A stretch of DNA of 64,000 nucleotides from the human T2T-CHM13v2.0 reference genome, Homo sapiens: the NCBI RefSeq assembly GCF_009914755.1, contig NC_060934.1. One strand, written 5' to 3'. The translations under genes were made by a program, and so were the position numbers. Each line of letters begins with the position of its first letter. Position 1 is the first letter of the stretch. Positions 1-13,503 of the stretch are shown here, piece by piece. Under the pieces are notes generated by a model. That model saw nothing but the letters and a program-made list of their open reading frames with translations, had not been told where the DNA came from and searched no databases.

Positions 1-512
1 ATAAGTCTTCACTCCACATCAACTTTAAGTAAAATTACATGCAGTATGCTATAGGAACTTGACTTTTTTAATATTAATTAGCTTAGGGTAAAATTGATTT
101 CATTATACAATCCACTGTTTTACTTAAAATCAGTTTCCAAGAACCTATCGATAACTTGGAATGAGGACTTAACTCTATACAGAAAATTTCTTTCAATAGC
201 AGCAGAGTAAACATTCTTTTCAAGCATACGTGAAACATTTTCCAGGATAGATCATATGTTAGGTCAGAAAACAAGTCTTAACAAATTTAAGAAGATTGAA
301 ATCATATGAAGCATTTTTTCTGAGCACAATGGTATGAAACTAGAAATAAATGACAGCAAGGACAAAGCCAGAAAAATTACAAATATGTGGAAATTAAACA
401 ACACCCTGCTGAACAACAAATAACTCAAATAAGAAATTAAAAGCAAAATAAGAAAATATCTTGAGACAAATAAAAATGGAAACAAAATATATGAGATATA
501 CAGCAAAAGCAG

Positions 513-1688
513 GTTTTTTTTCAACTTTTATTTTAGAATCAGGGTACACGTGCAGATTTGTTACAAAGGTATAATTCATGATGCTGAGGCTCAGAGTATG
601 ATTGAATCCATCACCCAGGTAGTAAGCATAGTACCCAAGAAGTCGTTTTTCACCTTTTGCTCCCTTCCCTGTCTCCACCTCTAGCAGGCCCTTCTATTGT
701 TCACATCATTATGTCCATGTGTACCCAAAGTTTAGCTCCCACCTATAAGTGAGAGCATGTGGTATTTGGTTTTCTGTTTCTATGTTAGTTCACTTAGAAT
801 AATGACTTCCAGCTACATCCATGTTGCTGCAAAGGACAAGGTTTTGTTCTTTTTTATGGCTGCATAGTATTCCCTGGCGTATATATACAGCATTTTCTTT
901 ATCCAGTCCATTTTTTATTTTTTATTTTTTTGAGACGGAGTCCCGCTCTGTCGCCCAGGCTGGAGTGAGTGCAGTGGCGCTATCTCTGCTCACTGCAAGC
1001 TCCACCTCCCAGGTTCAGCCATTCTCCCGCCTCAGCCTCCTGAGTAGCTGGGACTACAGGCGCCTGCCACTGTGCCTGGCTAATTTTTTGTATTTTTAGT
1101 AGAGACGGGGTTTCACCGTGTTAGCCAGGATGGTCTCGATCTCCTGACCTCGTGATCCGCCCGCGTCGGCCTCCCAAAGTGCTGGGATTACAGACTTGAG
1201 CCACTGCGCCCGGCCTATCCAGTCCACTATTGATAGGCACCTGGGTTGATTCCATGTTTTAGCCATTGTGAATAGTGCTGTAATAAACACAAAGGTGCAT
1301 GTGTCCTTTAGGTAAAACAATTTATTTTTCTTTGAATTTATACCCCGTAATGGGATTGCTGGATCAGATCGTAGTTCAACTCTTAGTTCTGTGAGAAATC
1401 TTCAAACTGTTCTCCACAATAGCCAGATTAATTTACATTTCCACTAACAGCGTGTAAGTGTCTCCTTTACTCCATAACCTCATTAACATCTGTTATTTTT
1501 TTTACTTTGTAACAAAAGCCATTCTGATTTGTGTAAGATATTATCTCATTATGGTTTTGATTTGCATTTATCTGATAATTAGTGACGATGAACATTTTTT
1601 TCATATCTTTGTTTGCCACTTCTATATCTTCTTTCAAGAAATATCTGTTCATATAGTTTGCCTAAATTTTAATAGGGCTATTTGTTTT
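513..1688 (-). mobile_element. 5'-truncated L1 3' end (L1PA15/16-L1PB-like) nested in the older L1
   Basis: T-rich tail then ttttattttagaatcagggtacacgtgcag..., ctcccacctataagtgagagcatg; degenerate TSD cagcaaaagcag (501-512) / aacaaaagccat (~1689-1700); host ORF2 resumes afterwards. Confidence 0.85.
911..1215 (-). mobile_element. AluY
   Basis: Full dimeric Alu with AluY diagnostics (gcaagctcc, gccattctcc, ccgtgttagccaggatggtctcgatctcctgacctcgtga); TSD tatccagtcca at 900-910 and 1216-1226. Confidence 0.95.
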
Positions 1689-4519
1689 AACAAAAGCCAT
1701 TTTCAAAGGAAAGTGTATAATAACGAATGTCTACATTATAAAAAAGTAAGATGTCAAATAAACAAGCTAAATTTAACTTCAAAAAAGTAGAAATAGAACA
1801 CACTAAGCCCAAAATTAGTAAAAGGAAGGAAATAACAATCATAGAAGAAATAAATGAAAGAGAGACTAGAAAAACAACAGAAAAAAATATGTAAAAAGAA
1901 GAGCTGGTTTTTTGAAAATGTAAACAAAACTGATCAACTCTTAGCTAAATAGAAAAAAAGATATAAAACATTCAAATAAACAAAATCAGGAATGAAAGAG
2001 GAGATATTACAATTGATGCCACAGAAATACAAAGGATCCTAAGAGACTACTTATGAGTAATTATAAGTCAACAAATTGAATAACCTGAAAAGAAATGTAT
2101 AATTTCCTACATACATGCAACCCAAGTTTAAATCATGAAGGCATAGATGTCTGAAGAGATTAATAATGAGTAAAAAGATTGAATAAGTAATGAAAAATCT
2201 CCCAACAAAGAAAAATTCAGGACTAGATGCCTTCGCTAGTAAATTTTACCAAACATTTAAAGAAAAATTAACACCAATCCTTTCCAAACTTCTCCAAAAA
2301 ACTGAAGAGGAGGGAACACTTCAAATTTTATTTCATTAGGCCAGCATTACAGTAATACCAAAGCCAGACAAGAATACTATAAGAGAAGAAAATTATAGGC
2401 CGATATTCTTAATGAGCATAAATGCAAAAAATCCTCAACAAAATACTAGTAACTGAATTCAAGGTATATTAAAAGGATCTTACACCATGATCAAGTGGGA
2501 TTTCTCTCTGGGATGTAATAATGGTTCAATATATGCAAATCACTAATCTTGATACATTGTATTAACAAAATGAAGGAAAAAATAAATATAATAATCTCAA
2601 TAGATGCAGAAAAAACATTTGACAAATTCAACATCCTTTCACGATAAAAGCTCTCAACAAATTAAGTATAGAAGTAAATTACCTCAACTTCAACATAGTA
2701 AAGGCCATATGTGACACTCCACGCAGTTACCATATTCAATGGTGACAAGCTGAAAGATTTTCATGTAAGATCAAGAACAAAACAAGGGTGTCTACTTTCA
2801 CCACATCTATTCAACATAGCACTGGAAGTCCTAACTAGGGTAATGGGGCAAAAAAGAAATAAAAGGCATCCAAATAAGAAAGGAAGAAATAAAATTGCCC
2901 TTGTTAGCAAATGACATTATCATATGTACAGAAAACTCCAGATTCCATTTTTTAAAAAACTGTAAAAACTAACACATGGATTCAGTAAGCTTGCATGATA
3001 ACAAATCAACCAGCAAAAATAGTTGTATTTATACATACTAAAAACAAACTACTCCCCCCACCAAAAAATTAAGAAAACAGTCACGTTTACAATTACATCA
3101 AAAAGCATAAAATACTTAGGAATAAATCTAACTTAGGAGGTGAAAGATCTTACACTGAAAAATATGAAACATTATTGAAAAAAATTGAAGGCACAAATGA
3201 ATGAAAAGTTATTTTGTGCTTATGAATTAAGAAGAATTAATATTCCTAAAAGTTATTACCACCAAAGCAATCTACAGAGTCAATGAAATCCATGTCAAAT
3301 TACAATGGCATTTTTCATATAAATAGAAAAACAATCCTAAAATTCACCTGGAACCACTAAAGATCCCAAATAGCTAAAGCAATCTTGAGCAAGAAGAATG
3401 GAGCAGGAGGCATTACATGTCCTGATTTCAAAATATGATACATAGCTATAGTAATCAAAACACTATGGTTCTGGCACAAAAACAGACACATAGAGCAATG
3501 GAATAGAATCCTCTTGACATACATAGTCAATTAATTTTTAACAAAGGTGCCAAGCATACACAATGGAGAAAGGATAATCTTCAATCAATAATATTGGAAA
3601 AACTGGATATCCACATACAAAAGAATAAAATTAGACCCTACTTTACAATATACATAAAAAATTACTCAAAATTGATTAAAGACTTAAATGAAAGACTTGA
3701 AACTGTAAAACTCTTAGGAGAAAACTCCTTTACGTTGGTCTTGACAATAGTTTTTTAAATTTGATTCCAAAAGCACAGACAGCAGAAGCATAAGTGAACA
3801 AGTGGGGCTACATCAAACTAAAAAGGTTTTGCATAGTAAAGCAAACAACTAACAAAATGAACAGCCAACCCTTGGAATGAGATAACATATTTGTAAACCA
3901 TATTTGATAAGGGCTTAATATCCAAAATATATAAGGTACTCATACATCTCCGTATCTATAAATGTATAAAACTGGATTAAAGAACAATTAATGAACCTTA
4001 ATAGACCTTTTTTTTTCCAAAGGAAACTTACAAATGACCAATAGGTGTATGAAAAGATGCTCAACATCATTAATCATCAGGAAAATCTAAATTAAAATCA
4101 CAATGCGATATCACCCCACCTGTTAGAATTGCTCTTATCAAGAACAGAAAAAGAGGTTGGAGGAAGGAAAAAAAGGGGGTATAAGAATAGCCACCATTGA
4201 TTTTGACCCTTTGGTCAAAAGATACAAACTTTCTTTTATAAGATGAATAAGTATTGGATATCTAATGTATAGCATGGTGACTATAGCTAACAATAATGTA
4301 TCATATACTTGAGCTTTGCTAAGAGTAGAGATCTCAGATATTATCAGCAGAAAAAATAAATATGGTAACTATGTGACATGATGGATATGTTAATTACCTT
4401 GACTGTGATAGTTATTTCACAATGTACGTATATCAAAATATGTTTTATACCTTAAATATATATAATTTTTGTCCATCTTCCCTCAATAAACCTGAAAAAA
4501 TACTCTATGCAAAATCAAA

Positions 4520-5505
4520 AACATACAAAATGGCAAAAGTAAATTATTTTTTATCAATAATTATTTTAAATGTAAATGAATTAAACTCCTCAATCAAAAG
4601 ACAGACTGAATGGATAAGAAACAAACAAACAAGGCCCTACAAGAAATTCACTTTTGATTTGAAGATGCATATAGGCTGAAAGTGAAGAGATGAAAAAAAG
4701 ATATTTCATTTGAATGATAACCAAAAAGAACAATGGTGGCTATTCATATGTCAGACAAAAGAGACCTTTGAAACTGTCACAAGAGACAAAGAAGAACATT
4801 GTATAATAATAGTAGGGTCAATTTACCAGGAAAACATGGCAATTATAAATATATATGCATCCAACATCAGAGCACCCAAGTATGTAAAGCAAACATTGAC
4901 AGAACTGAAAGGAGAAATAGGCAGCAATATAATAATAGGAGGCTTCAAAACCCCACTTTCAATAATGAACAGAAATTCCAGACAGAAGATCAACAAGGAA
5001 ACAGAGGATTTGAATAACTCTATAGACCAAATGGACCTAACAGGCATATACAGAACATTCCACCCAACAGTGGCAGAATACACATCGTTCTCAGGTGCAC
5101 ATAGACCTTTCTCCAGGATAGATCATGTGTTAAGACACAAAACAAGTCTTAACTAACTTAAGAAGATTTAAATTATATCAAGTATCTTTTCTGACCACAA
5201 TGGAATAAAACTAGAAATCAATAACAGTAGACAAACTAGAAAATTCACAAATAAGTAAAAATTAGACAGTATACTTTTGAACAACTATTGGGTTAAGAAA
5301 GAAATAAAAAATAAATTTGAAAATACAGCAACACAAATCAAAATGAAACACAATATATCAAAATTTATGGGATATGACAAAAGTAGTACTATGAGGGACG
5401 TTCACAGCAATAAACACTTACATTAATAGAGTAAAAATATCTCAAATAAACAACTAAGTTTCCATTTCAAAGAGGTAGAAAAAGAAGAACAAACTAAGAC
5501 ACAAT
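4520..5505 (+). mobile_element. Second old L1M fragment, ORF2 N-terminal endonuclease region
   Basis: IIILNVNELNSSIKR (4422-4679 frame) and INIYASNIRAPKYVKQ...GGFKTPLS...FSRIDHVL (4710-5156) match L1 APE-type endonuclease motifs. Confidence 0.85.
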
Positions 5506-7504
5506 TAAACTCTGGGAAATTTTTCCCATTGCAGGAAAGTTTATAAATCATAGTCCACATACATCTGGAATCCGCTCACTAGATAAATTGATGTTTTGGT
5601 GCTAACACCAAGAACAGTCTATCTTTTTTTTTTTTTTTTTTTTTTGTATTTTTCTCTTCTATGAGCCTCTAGATAGCAGGAAATCTCCACTATGATGTTT
5701 GATTGATATTAGCAATGTAAATCTAGATTATACCTGCACTGTGTTCCAGAAGCAACATTTTTATCAAAAACTAGAGATTTTCTTGTGTTTTCTACACTTT
5801 TTGTTATACAAACGCTGATTTTTATGTGATTTTGTGGGATCATCACAAATATGGGGCAAATAAGGGTCTAAAGATGGATAACTCAGCTTCAGAAATGCTA
5901 GTATCACACAGTGTTCATTATACCACTTTTCCCAGTGTTTTCTGTTGAACAATATGGATAGACTTAATGTGGAATGAAAACAGAATCGTGGATAAACCGT
6001 CTGATAAGGGGAAAATTTGACCTTAAAATTAAATTTAATTAATGGCCCTGTCTAACCCATTTCAGAGTTTCCTGGAGGTGAGAGATTCATATCTGAGCTT
6101 TCCACCTCTAATGAGGAGCGGCTTCATGAAGGAACAGACGGGATTGCTCCAGAAGGTCATTGATTTTCAGCCTCTAAAAGGACAACTGTAATCCTGGTTG
6201 ATCTTAACTCTCAAATTTAATAAAATCAGTTTAAATATTTTAGACAGTGTCAGGGGAGATCCAGTATTTCTGTGTGTTCACTTTGTCCATGGAAAAAGGA
6301 TTTTATTTTACTACTCAGGAGGAGAAAACATTGTAGTGAAAAATTTCAGCTTGTCTCTGCACTCTTACAAATTTTCTCTTTCCATACTTAGAGTCCAGGA
6401 TACTCACTAGGTTTGAATGAGCACTTAATTTGCCTCAAAAATGGAATCAGATTTCTCCTTCTCTCACTTCCTGATATCTAGGTCTCTTACAAGGATGTTG
6501 GACTCTTTGCTTTCTCAATCCATGCACTAAAACCAGGGCAAGTCTCTGCCCCTCGCACCCCCCTTCATAGGAGAGAGAACTGTTGGCCCTATCTTGGTTT
6601 CAGTTACCTAGAACTCCTGTATTTCAAGATTACAGGCACATCCTGGAAACATATTAGTCAGATAGGTATCTGTGCTTTTTGTTTTTACCCATTAGTACTC
6701 AAGAGAGAAGGCGGAGTATCTTTGTCACTCCCTCCCAACTTCAACAAAAGCAATTCTATAATTTAAGCTTCCAGAGATTCCAAATAAAAATTAGCTATGC
6801 AACAGTATTTTAATATAGAAACACATCCCCATAGAGATGAGCTTTGTCTTCTGTGAAGACATGGAGAGAAAGCAGGGGAGGACCTGAGGAGGGGCTGCTG
6901 GAAGGGAAGGAGACGGGTCAGGAAGCCTATTTTTTAGAGAGGGTAGTGCTGCATCATCCCGGCTGGGCCAGCCCTGGAGGGAGGTACGTGGGCTGGCTGT
7001 AGAATTAATTGAATTTCACAACTTGCCTCACATTCCTGCTGACACAAAGTGCCTTGTAAGGAGGGAGGCATCACAGGATGCCAACACAATGGCAAGACCA
7101 AGGTTGGGCACTGCTGTGAGCCTTTCTTTATACAACTCCTGGCTCAAAATAGCTTGCCTGTTAGCACCCCAGCTGAGAATCCCCACTGGCAAGGGAAGAA
7201 GAAGTGTGCCGTCTCTAAGATACAGCTGGCCCTCTGCTCTGAGATGAAGCCCTGGACCTGCAGAAGCCCTTCCCCTCTCAGAGCCCTAGAGGCCTCACCT
7301 ATATAGAAGGTATTTTGACAACATGAATTTTAAGTTCCTTCCAGCTGTGACACTGCATTCATCTAATGATCTGAGAATCAACTCAAGACCTCTTTTAGCA
7401 ACAGTTCCCCAGCTTCATTCATGTGCAGAATCAGTGTATACTTAGGACCCAAGCTCCCTGCCTTACTTCTCCCTTAGATATTAACCAAGGGCAGAACAGA
7501 GTTT

Positions 7505-7725
7505 TGCACCAGGCACCCTACAAGTCTTCACAAAGGTCACCATATGCAGTCTTCACAGCAATATTGTAAGGGATTAAGGTTGAGTCTCATTTTTTTAATA
7601 AGGAGATAACAGCTTACAGAATTTGGGAGGCTTGACCAATGCCAATAAATTTGTAAACAAAAGAGTTAGAATGTAAGTGTAAACTCTACAACTCCAGTGC
7701 AAGAGTCTGTTTCCACAACTCTTCT
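7505..7725 (-). mobile_element. MIR fragment
   Basis: Degenerate MIR core (cttcacagcaatattgtaagg...ctcattttt...aaggagataac). Confidence 0.5.
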
Positions 7726-7974
7726 ACTCACATAAACCTGAATTGCTTCTGTGACCCTTCCCTGTCCCGTGGCACTGCCTTTCTCAGTACCTGGCATAAC
7801 ATTGTTACTAAATACATGTTTATTACTGAATGGCTGTCTAAATGAATCTATGATTTATCGGGTTAAATATATTAGAGCATTTGATCAGTAAGCGGAAGCA
7901 TTATTGCAAATAACATTTCTTGCCAACAAATTCTGATTTATCAAATAATATTTCTAAGAATACTTCTGCACGAC

Positions 7975-8380
7975 CTTCACTTATTCATGTATTCATGCAT
8001 TCAAAAAATGGCACCTACAAGACGCTAGGCACTATGCCAGAGGTTGTTTCAAAGAAGAAATACTCCCAGAATACATAGCACAAACTGTCTTGTGGGAGGA
8101 CAGCCTAAATAAAATGAATATGCAATTACAATGTGGATATGTGCTGTGAGGGAAAGTTGCCCTCAGAGCTGAGAATGTGCCCTGGGGAGTCAGAGTGTGC
8201 TTTCCTGCATACTTGGCAATTCCACTGAGATTTACAGGATATATAGTATTAGCCACGTGAGGGAGGCTGAGAGTATAATCATTTTATGCAGCAGACAGCA
8301 TGGGCAGAGGTGCTCCAGTAGGATGAACAGTGGTCCACTATGTGAACAGAAAGAAGGCTCTGGAGGCTGAGATGAGCCTG
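7975..8380 (-). mobile_element. L2 3' fragment
   Basis: attcatgtattcatgcattcaaaaaatggcacctac...aggcactatgcc resembles the L2 terminus. Confidence 0.5.
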
Positions 8381-8729
8381 ACAACGTGCTGACACCCATA
8401 ACTCACAGAGGACAGAGATAGCTTCTAATACTCATACCTGTAAAGCTTCTCATACTTATGCTCATCTGGACCTACTTCAAGCATCCTTTCTCTGGAGAGC
8501 TGATTTTTTTAAAGGCCAATCACTCCATTCATGGCCTGCAGCTCACGCCCACCATCTTCAAATATTTCAACATTTTTAGTTTTTTCTGGGTTCAGCCTCA
8601 TTGATATCCCTTTCTCTTTTGCAGAATTACCATTAGTATATAAACATACTCTAATATCTCCTATCTAAAAGAAAGAAGAAAAATTTCCATTAATGCTTTT
8701 ATTTCCTTATCATCTGCCATACAGTTGCT

Positions 8730-8837
8730 CCCCTTCCTTCCTTCCTTCCTTCCTCTTTCTTTCCTTTCTTTCTCTTTCTTTCTTTTCTTGCTTCCTTGCT
8801 TTCTTGATTTCTTCCTTGTTTTCTTGCTTTCTTTCTT
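8730..8837. repeat. Pyrimidine-rich (CCTT/CTTT) simple repeat, derived from the Alu tail
   Basis: ccttccttccttccttcc...tttcttgctttctttc directly abutting the Alu 3' end. Confidence 0.85.
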
Positions 8838-9125
8838 GTTTTGAGACTGGGTCTTGCTCCATCACCCAGGCTGGAGTGCAGTGGCCCGATCTTGGCCCAC
8901 TGTAGCCTTGACCTCTCTGGGCTCAGGTTATCCTCCAACCTCAGTCTCCCAAGTAACAGAGACCACTGGTGCATGCCACCACACCCAACTAATTTTTGTA
9001 CTTTTTTATAGAGATGGGGTTTTGCCATGTTGTGCAGGCTGGTCTTGAACTCCTGGGCTCAATAATCCTCCCACCTTGGCCTCCCAAAGTGCTAGGATTA
9101 CAGGTGTGAGGCACTGTACCTGGCT
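8838..9125 (-). mobile_element. AluJ
   Basis: Diverged dimeric Alu with J-type features (gtagccttgacctc, ctcctgggctcaa in both arms). Confidence 0.88.
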
Positions 9126-9194
9126 TCTCTTTCTTTTTATAAATAAAATTCATTATAAATTTGTCTTCATAAGCAGTTTCTCATGTCCCATTCT

Positions 9195-9251
9195 CTTTCT
9201 TTCTCTCTCTCTCTGTATGTCTGTCTCTGTCACACACACACGCGCGCGCGT
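9195..9251. repeat. Compound (CT)n/(CA)5(CG)5 microsatellite
   Basis: ctctctctctctctgtatgtctgtctctgtcacacacacacgcgcgcgcgt. Confidence 0.85.
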
Positions 9252-9254
9252 TTT

Positions 9255-12250
9255 TAAAATTGGGAAATATTACACACATTTAGAAAAAGGCAACAACCAA
9301 TTAATTGTCACCCAGGACGAAAATAGAACAATAGAACAGTGTCAGCTCTCAGAAGCCCTCCCTCTGCCCTTCCCAGTTCTCTCCACTTCAAAATTAATCA
9401 CTATTCTTAATTTTACTTGTGCACTTTCTTACTTTGCTTTGTAGTTTTTACCACCTATGCATGCATTCTTAAATGCTATAGTTTAGCTTACCTGGTATTG
9501 CCTGATGTTTTAAATTTGCATAAACGTAACCATATGGTAGGAAATTATTTGTATTTAGCGTCTTTCTATCAGCATCATGTTTGTGGGAGTTATCCATGTT
9601 ATTGCACAAAGCTGTAATTTATACATTTTTACTGATGAAAAGTCTTGCATTATATGAACATGCCTCTCTCTCCATTCTATTTCTGAAAAACGTTGGATTA
9701 TTTCCAATTTAGGGTTCTTATAAATAATGCTGTAATGAACACCCTTGCACACATCTGTTAGTACATATCTGTAGACATTCATTTTGGATGTATGTAGGTG
9801 TGAAAGTGAGGGATCACAGACTTTACATACATTCAACTTTCATAGATAATAAAAAATGTTTTTCAAAATATTTATACCTACTTACATATCTACTGAGAGT
9901 GTTTGAAGAGTGCCTGTTGTTCCACATTATATTTGTCAGGACTTAGAATCATTACTCTTTTTTCTGTTAGTCATTCTGGTGGTGAAATGTTGTATTGCCT
10001 GTTATTTAAATTTGCATTTCTTTGATTACTATCTAAACTTCTAAAAATAAATTTATTTGCCAATTGGACACATACTTTGGTAACGTGCTTGTTCAGATCT
10101 CTTGTACATTTTTCTATTCGACAGTCTTTTTTTAATGAATTTGCTAAGAGTAGTTTTACATTCTGTATATGAGCTCAGTAGTGGTTAGATGGGCTGCAAA
10201 TATATTCTCCCACACTGTAGCTCACTATTTTTGTTTCTTAATATTGCCTTTTGTAAATAACAGTGTTTAATTATAATATAATGCCATTTTACAACATTTT
10301 CCTTTTTACTAGATATGTATGTCTTATTTTAAATAGGTTTTTTGACACCAAGGTTATGAGCGTATTTGTATATATTATCTTCTAGAAGGCTTACCATTTT
10401 ACAATTCATATGTAGATTTGCAGCTCCCCTGAAATTTATTTTTGTGCTAAGTACAATTTCGTTTTTGTTCATTTGCATATTCGGTTGACCCAGCACCCTT
10501 TATTAAAAAATGTTTTCTTTTCCTACTGTTCTATAATTCTTCTTTTGTTTAAAGAAACTGACAATTTATAAGTAGGAATAAATCTGGGCTGTTTATCATT
10601 TCTTTGGTCTATATGTATGCCTTTATAATAATACCATAATGCATTATGTATGATATTTGGGACAGAATTCTTTATAAATATTCTTTTTCAGATCAAGGTG
10701 ATTCTGTTTTATTCCTATTTTGCTAAGACATCAAAGATGAATAAATGTTAAATTTTATCAACATTTTTGCATCTGTTGAAATGATCGTAGAATATTTCTT
10801 AGTCTGTTAGCATGGTAAATCACATTATTTGATTTTTTAATATTTAAACCACCTGGAATTAACCCAACATGGGCGTGAAGATTCATACTTTTCATATATG
10901 TTATGAGCTATATTTGCAGAAATATAGCTATATATTGCAGAAATATAGGCCTTTTGGATCTTTCTTCTTCAAGAATGAGATTGTACTTTATTTTTCATTA
11001 ACCTAAGGTACATGTCAAATTGGAATATTAAGGTTATTCTGGACACAGATAACAAACACAGTAGTAATCCTTGTGTCTCTTTTGGAAAAATCTTATTCTA
11101 AATAACAGAAAGAAAGCTTTTAACCATTGTTATTATTTTTGCCTAAATATTACTAGAATTTTCTAAGGACATTCCATGTAAGTATTAACTTTTCTTTGTT
11201 GGAAGGTTTTAAATTGCAGGACTCATCTGTCTTAACATTTAGAGGACTCTTGATTGTTTTTCTTTCATCAACTTTAGCATTTTCTTTTTCTAGATATTTT
11301 ACAATTTAGTCTACATTTTAAAATTTGTTATAATAACAAGTCATCACATATTCTTATTATCTAGTGTTTTGGCATTTATATCAACACTTCTTTTCGTTAT
11401 TAAAAGCAAACCTTCGAGTCTTCTGTTTTGTTGTCAGAGTCTTAACAATTTTGTTAATCTTTTCAAAAAAAAACTTTTAACTTTTTAATCCCTTCCCTGC
11501 GTGTATTTCAATTTACTTATTTTCACTTGTCTCTTTATCATTTCCTTCTCTAAGCTTTATGTGAGTTTCACTTGTTTTACTCTTTCTTTCTTTCTTTCTG
11601 ACATGGATGCTTAGGTCACCAGTTTTTCAGCTTTTATTCTTTTATGATATTTGCATTTTATATTTTACATTTATCTTTAATTATGTGTTGCTTATAGTCC
11701 AAAAGTTTGATATATGACAGTTTAATTATCATTCAGCTCAAATAATTTCTAATTATATTTGATCTCTATGTAGAAGCATACATTCAAAACCATGCTTCTT
11801 AATTTTTAGACAAATGGGAACATCTTAGTTATTTTTCTGTTATTGAGTTCTGGCTTAATATCACTGTGGTCAATGAGCCTACTCTGTAGAATGTCACTCC
11901 TTTGAAATTTATTGAGATTTCCTTTATGGCCCAGCATGTGGTCAATGTTGGTAAATGTTCCATGTGTACTTGAAAATAATGTTTATTCTGTATTTGTTGG
12001 GTGCAGTGTTCTATATGTTGCATATTCTGTCACATGTGCTGATTATTTTGTTTAAATCTTTTTTATCCTTACTGATTATTTTGCCTGCTTGTTTTATCAG
12101 TTACTGAGAGATGAAAGTTGAAATTTTGAATATGGTTTGGGTTATCCTATTTCTCTCTTTACTTCCGTCAGTCTTTGCATTAAATTCAAAGCTCTAATAG
12201 TAGGAGCATACACATTAGAATTGATAATTGAACTTCTGGCATGATGAAAT
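9255..12250 (-). mobile_element. Ancient L1 (L1MC/L1ME-like), heavily decayed
   Basis: T-rich L1 antisense signatures (tttccaatttagg, gacccagcaccctttattaaaa, tttatggcccagcatgtggtcaatgttggtaaatgttccatgtgtacttgaaaataatg). Confidence 0.75.
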
Positions 12251-12264
12251 GTCAATCTCTAACT

Positions 12265-12995
12265 GAATATCTCCAGATCTGACCATTCTCTTGAACTCCA
12301 CACTCATCCATCCAATTGCTCACTCAATAGCTCCACTTGATGGCCTAGTGAGCTTTCAAAATATCACATATCTGAAACTGATGTCCTGATTATCTTTCTT
12401 AAACTCTTAACTTTCTTAAACTTCCTCCAGATTTCCTTCTTTCAATAAATAGCACTACCATTTCTCCACTTACTCAAACCATAAACTTAGAAATACTTCA
12501 TGATGTCCCTCTTTCCCTCAAGCTTTTCAAGGCCTTATACTGTGGCCTGCAAAGCTCTACATGATCTGACATTTTGTCTTCTACCTTGTTTTGTGTTGTT
12601 CTCCTGTAATACTATATTCTACTACATTACCTTTTTCAAGTTTCCATAGTCTTTTCCAACACAGGATATTTGCACACACTATTCTGTATACATGGACTTC
12701 TCTTGCCTCTGTCACGCAACAGCATTATTTTTCTTCTTTAAAAGAAAGCCCTCAGAATGGACCTTCTTGTCCACTTGGGTTTTTTAATCATCTCATTATC
12801 TCATTGGCTCCCATTATTGTCAATATACCTTGAAATTATTTTATATGTCTTTTTCTTTGATTTTGCTTGTTTCTCCCAGTAGAAATAGCTTCTTAACAAA
12901 AGAATTGCATTTTATTTGCTGTTTTCTGTACCTCCATTGGCTTGAATAATGCTTCATACAGAGAAAGCTCTCAACAGATAACTGTTAAATGAAAA
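12265..12995 (+). mobile_element. L2 fragment
   Basis: ttctcttgaactccacactcatccatccaattgctcactcaatagctccacttga and an L2-like terminus (ctcaacagataactgttaaatgaa). Confidence 0.6.
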
Positions 12996-13503
12996 AACCA
13001 ACAAATGGTTAAAAGTCCTTTTAAAACGTTGAGTCTTATTGTAATAAGGAGGAAAATTTTGAAGGCAGTAAAATTGCAGAGGGTTTGACATGATCTTTTT
13101 ACATTTTGAAAAGATTATTCTGGCTGATGTGTGGAGAATGTTTCAGAGGAAAGCAAGCATGAATGTATGAAAGCCAGTCCACATAAGAATTGCTGTCCAC
13201 GTAACCTAGGTTTATGATAGTTAAGATGGAGAGAACCTTTGGTGTGAGGGAGAAACTGGTTGTTAAAGAATGACAGTTACATTTTTTCTTTTTTTCTTTT
13301 TATTATACTTTAAGTTTTAGGGTACATGTGCACAACGTGCAGGTTTGTTACATATGTATACATGTGCCATGCTGGGGTGCTGTACCCATTAACTCATCAT
13401 TTACATTAGGTATCTCCTAATGCTATCCCTCCCCCATTCACTCACCCTACGACAGGCTCCAGTGTGTGATGTTCCCCACCATGTGTCCAAGTGTTCTCAT
13501 TGT

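Larger units (their letters stand above)
195..4500 (+). mobile_element. Old L1 (L1MA/L1MB-like), ORF2 remnant through 3' UTR, interrupted at 513-1688
   Basis: Decayed ORF2 sequence: tccaggatagatcatatgttagg (EN C-terminal part); translation GDKLKDFHVRSRTKQGCLLSPHLFNIALEVL at 2711-2914 (RT region); L1M-type 3' end (agatgaataag...tctaatgtatagcatggtgactatag...cctcaataaa) at 4240-4500. Confidence 0.85.

Noticed and set aside
5624-5645. Orphan T22 run as a solo poly(A) retroinsertion
   Set aside because: No convincing TSD or attached element; simple homopolymer expansion suffices
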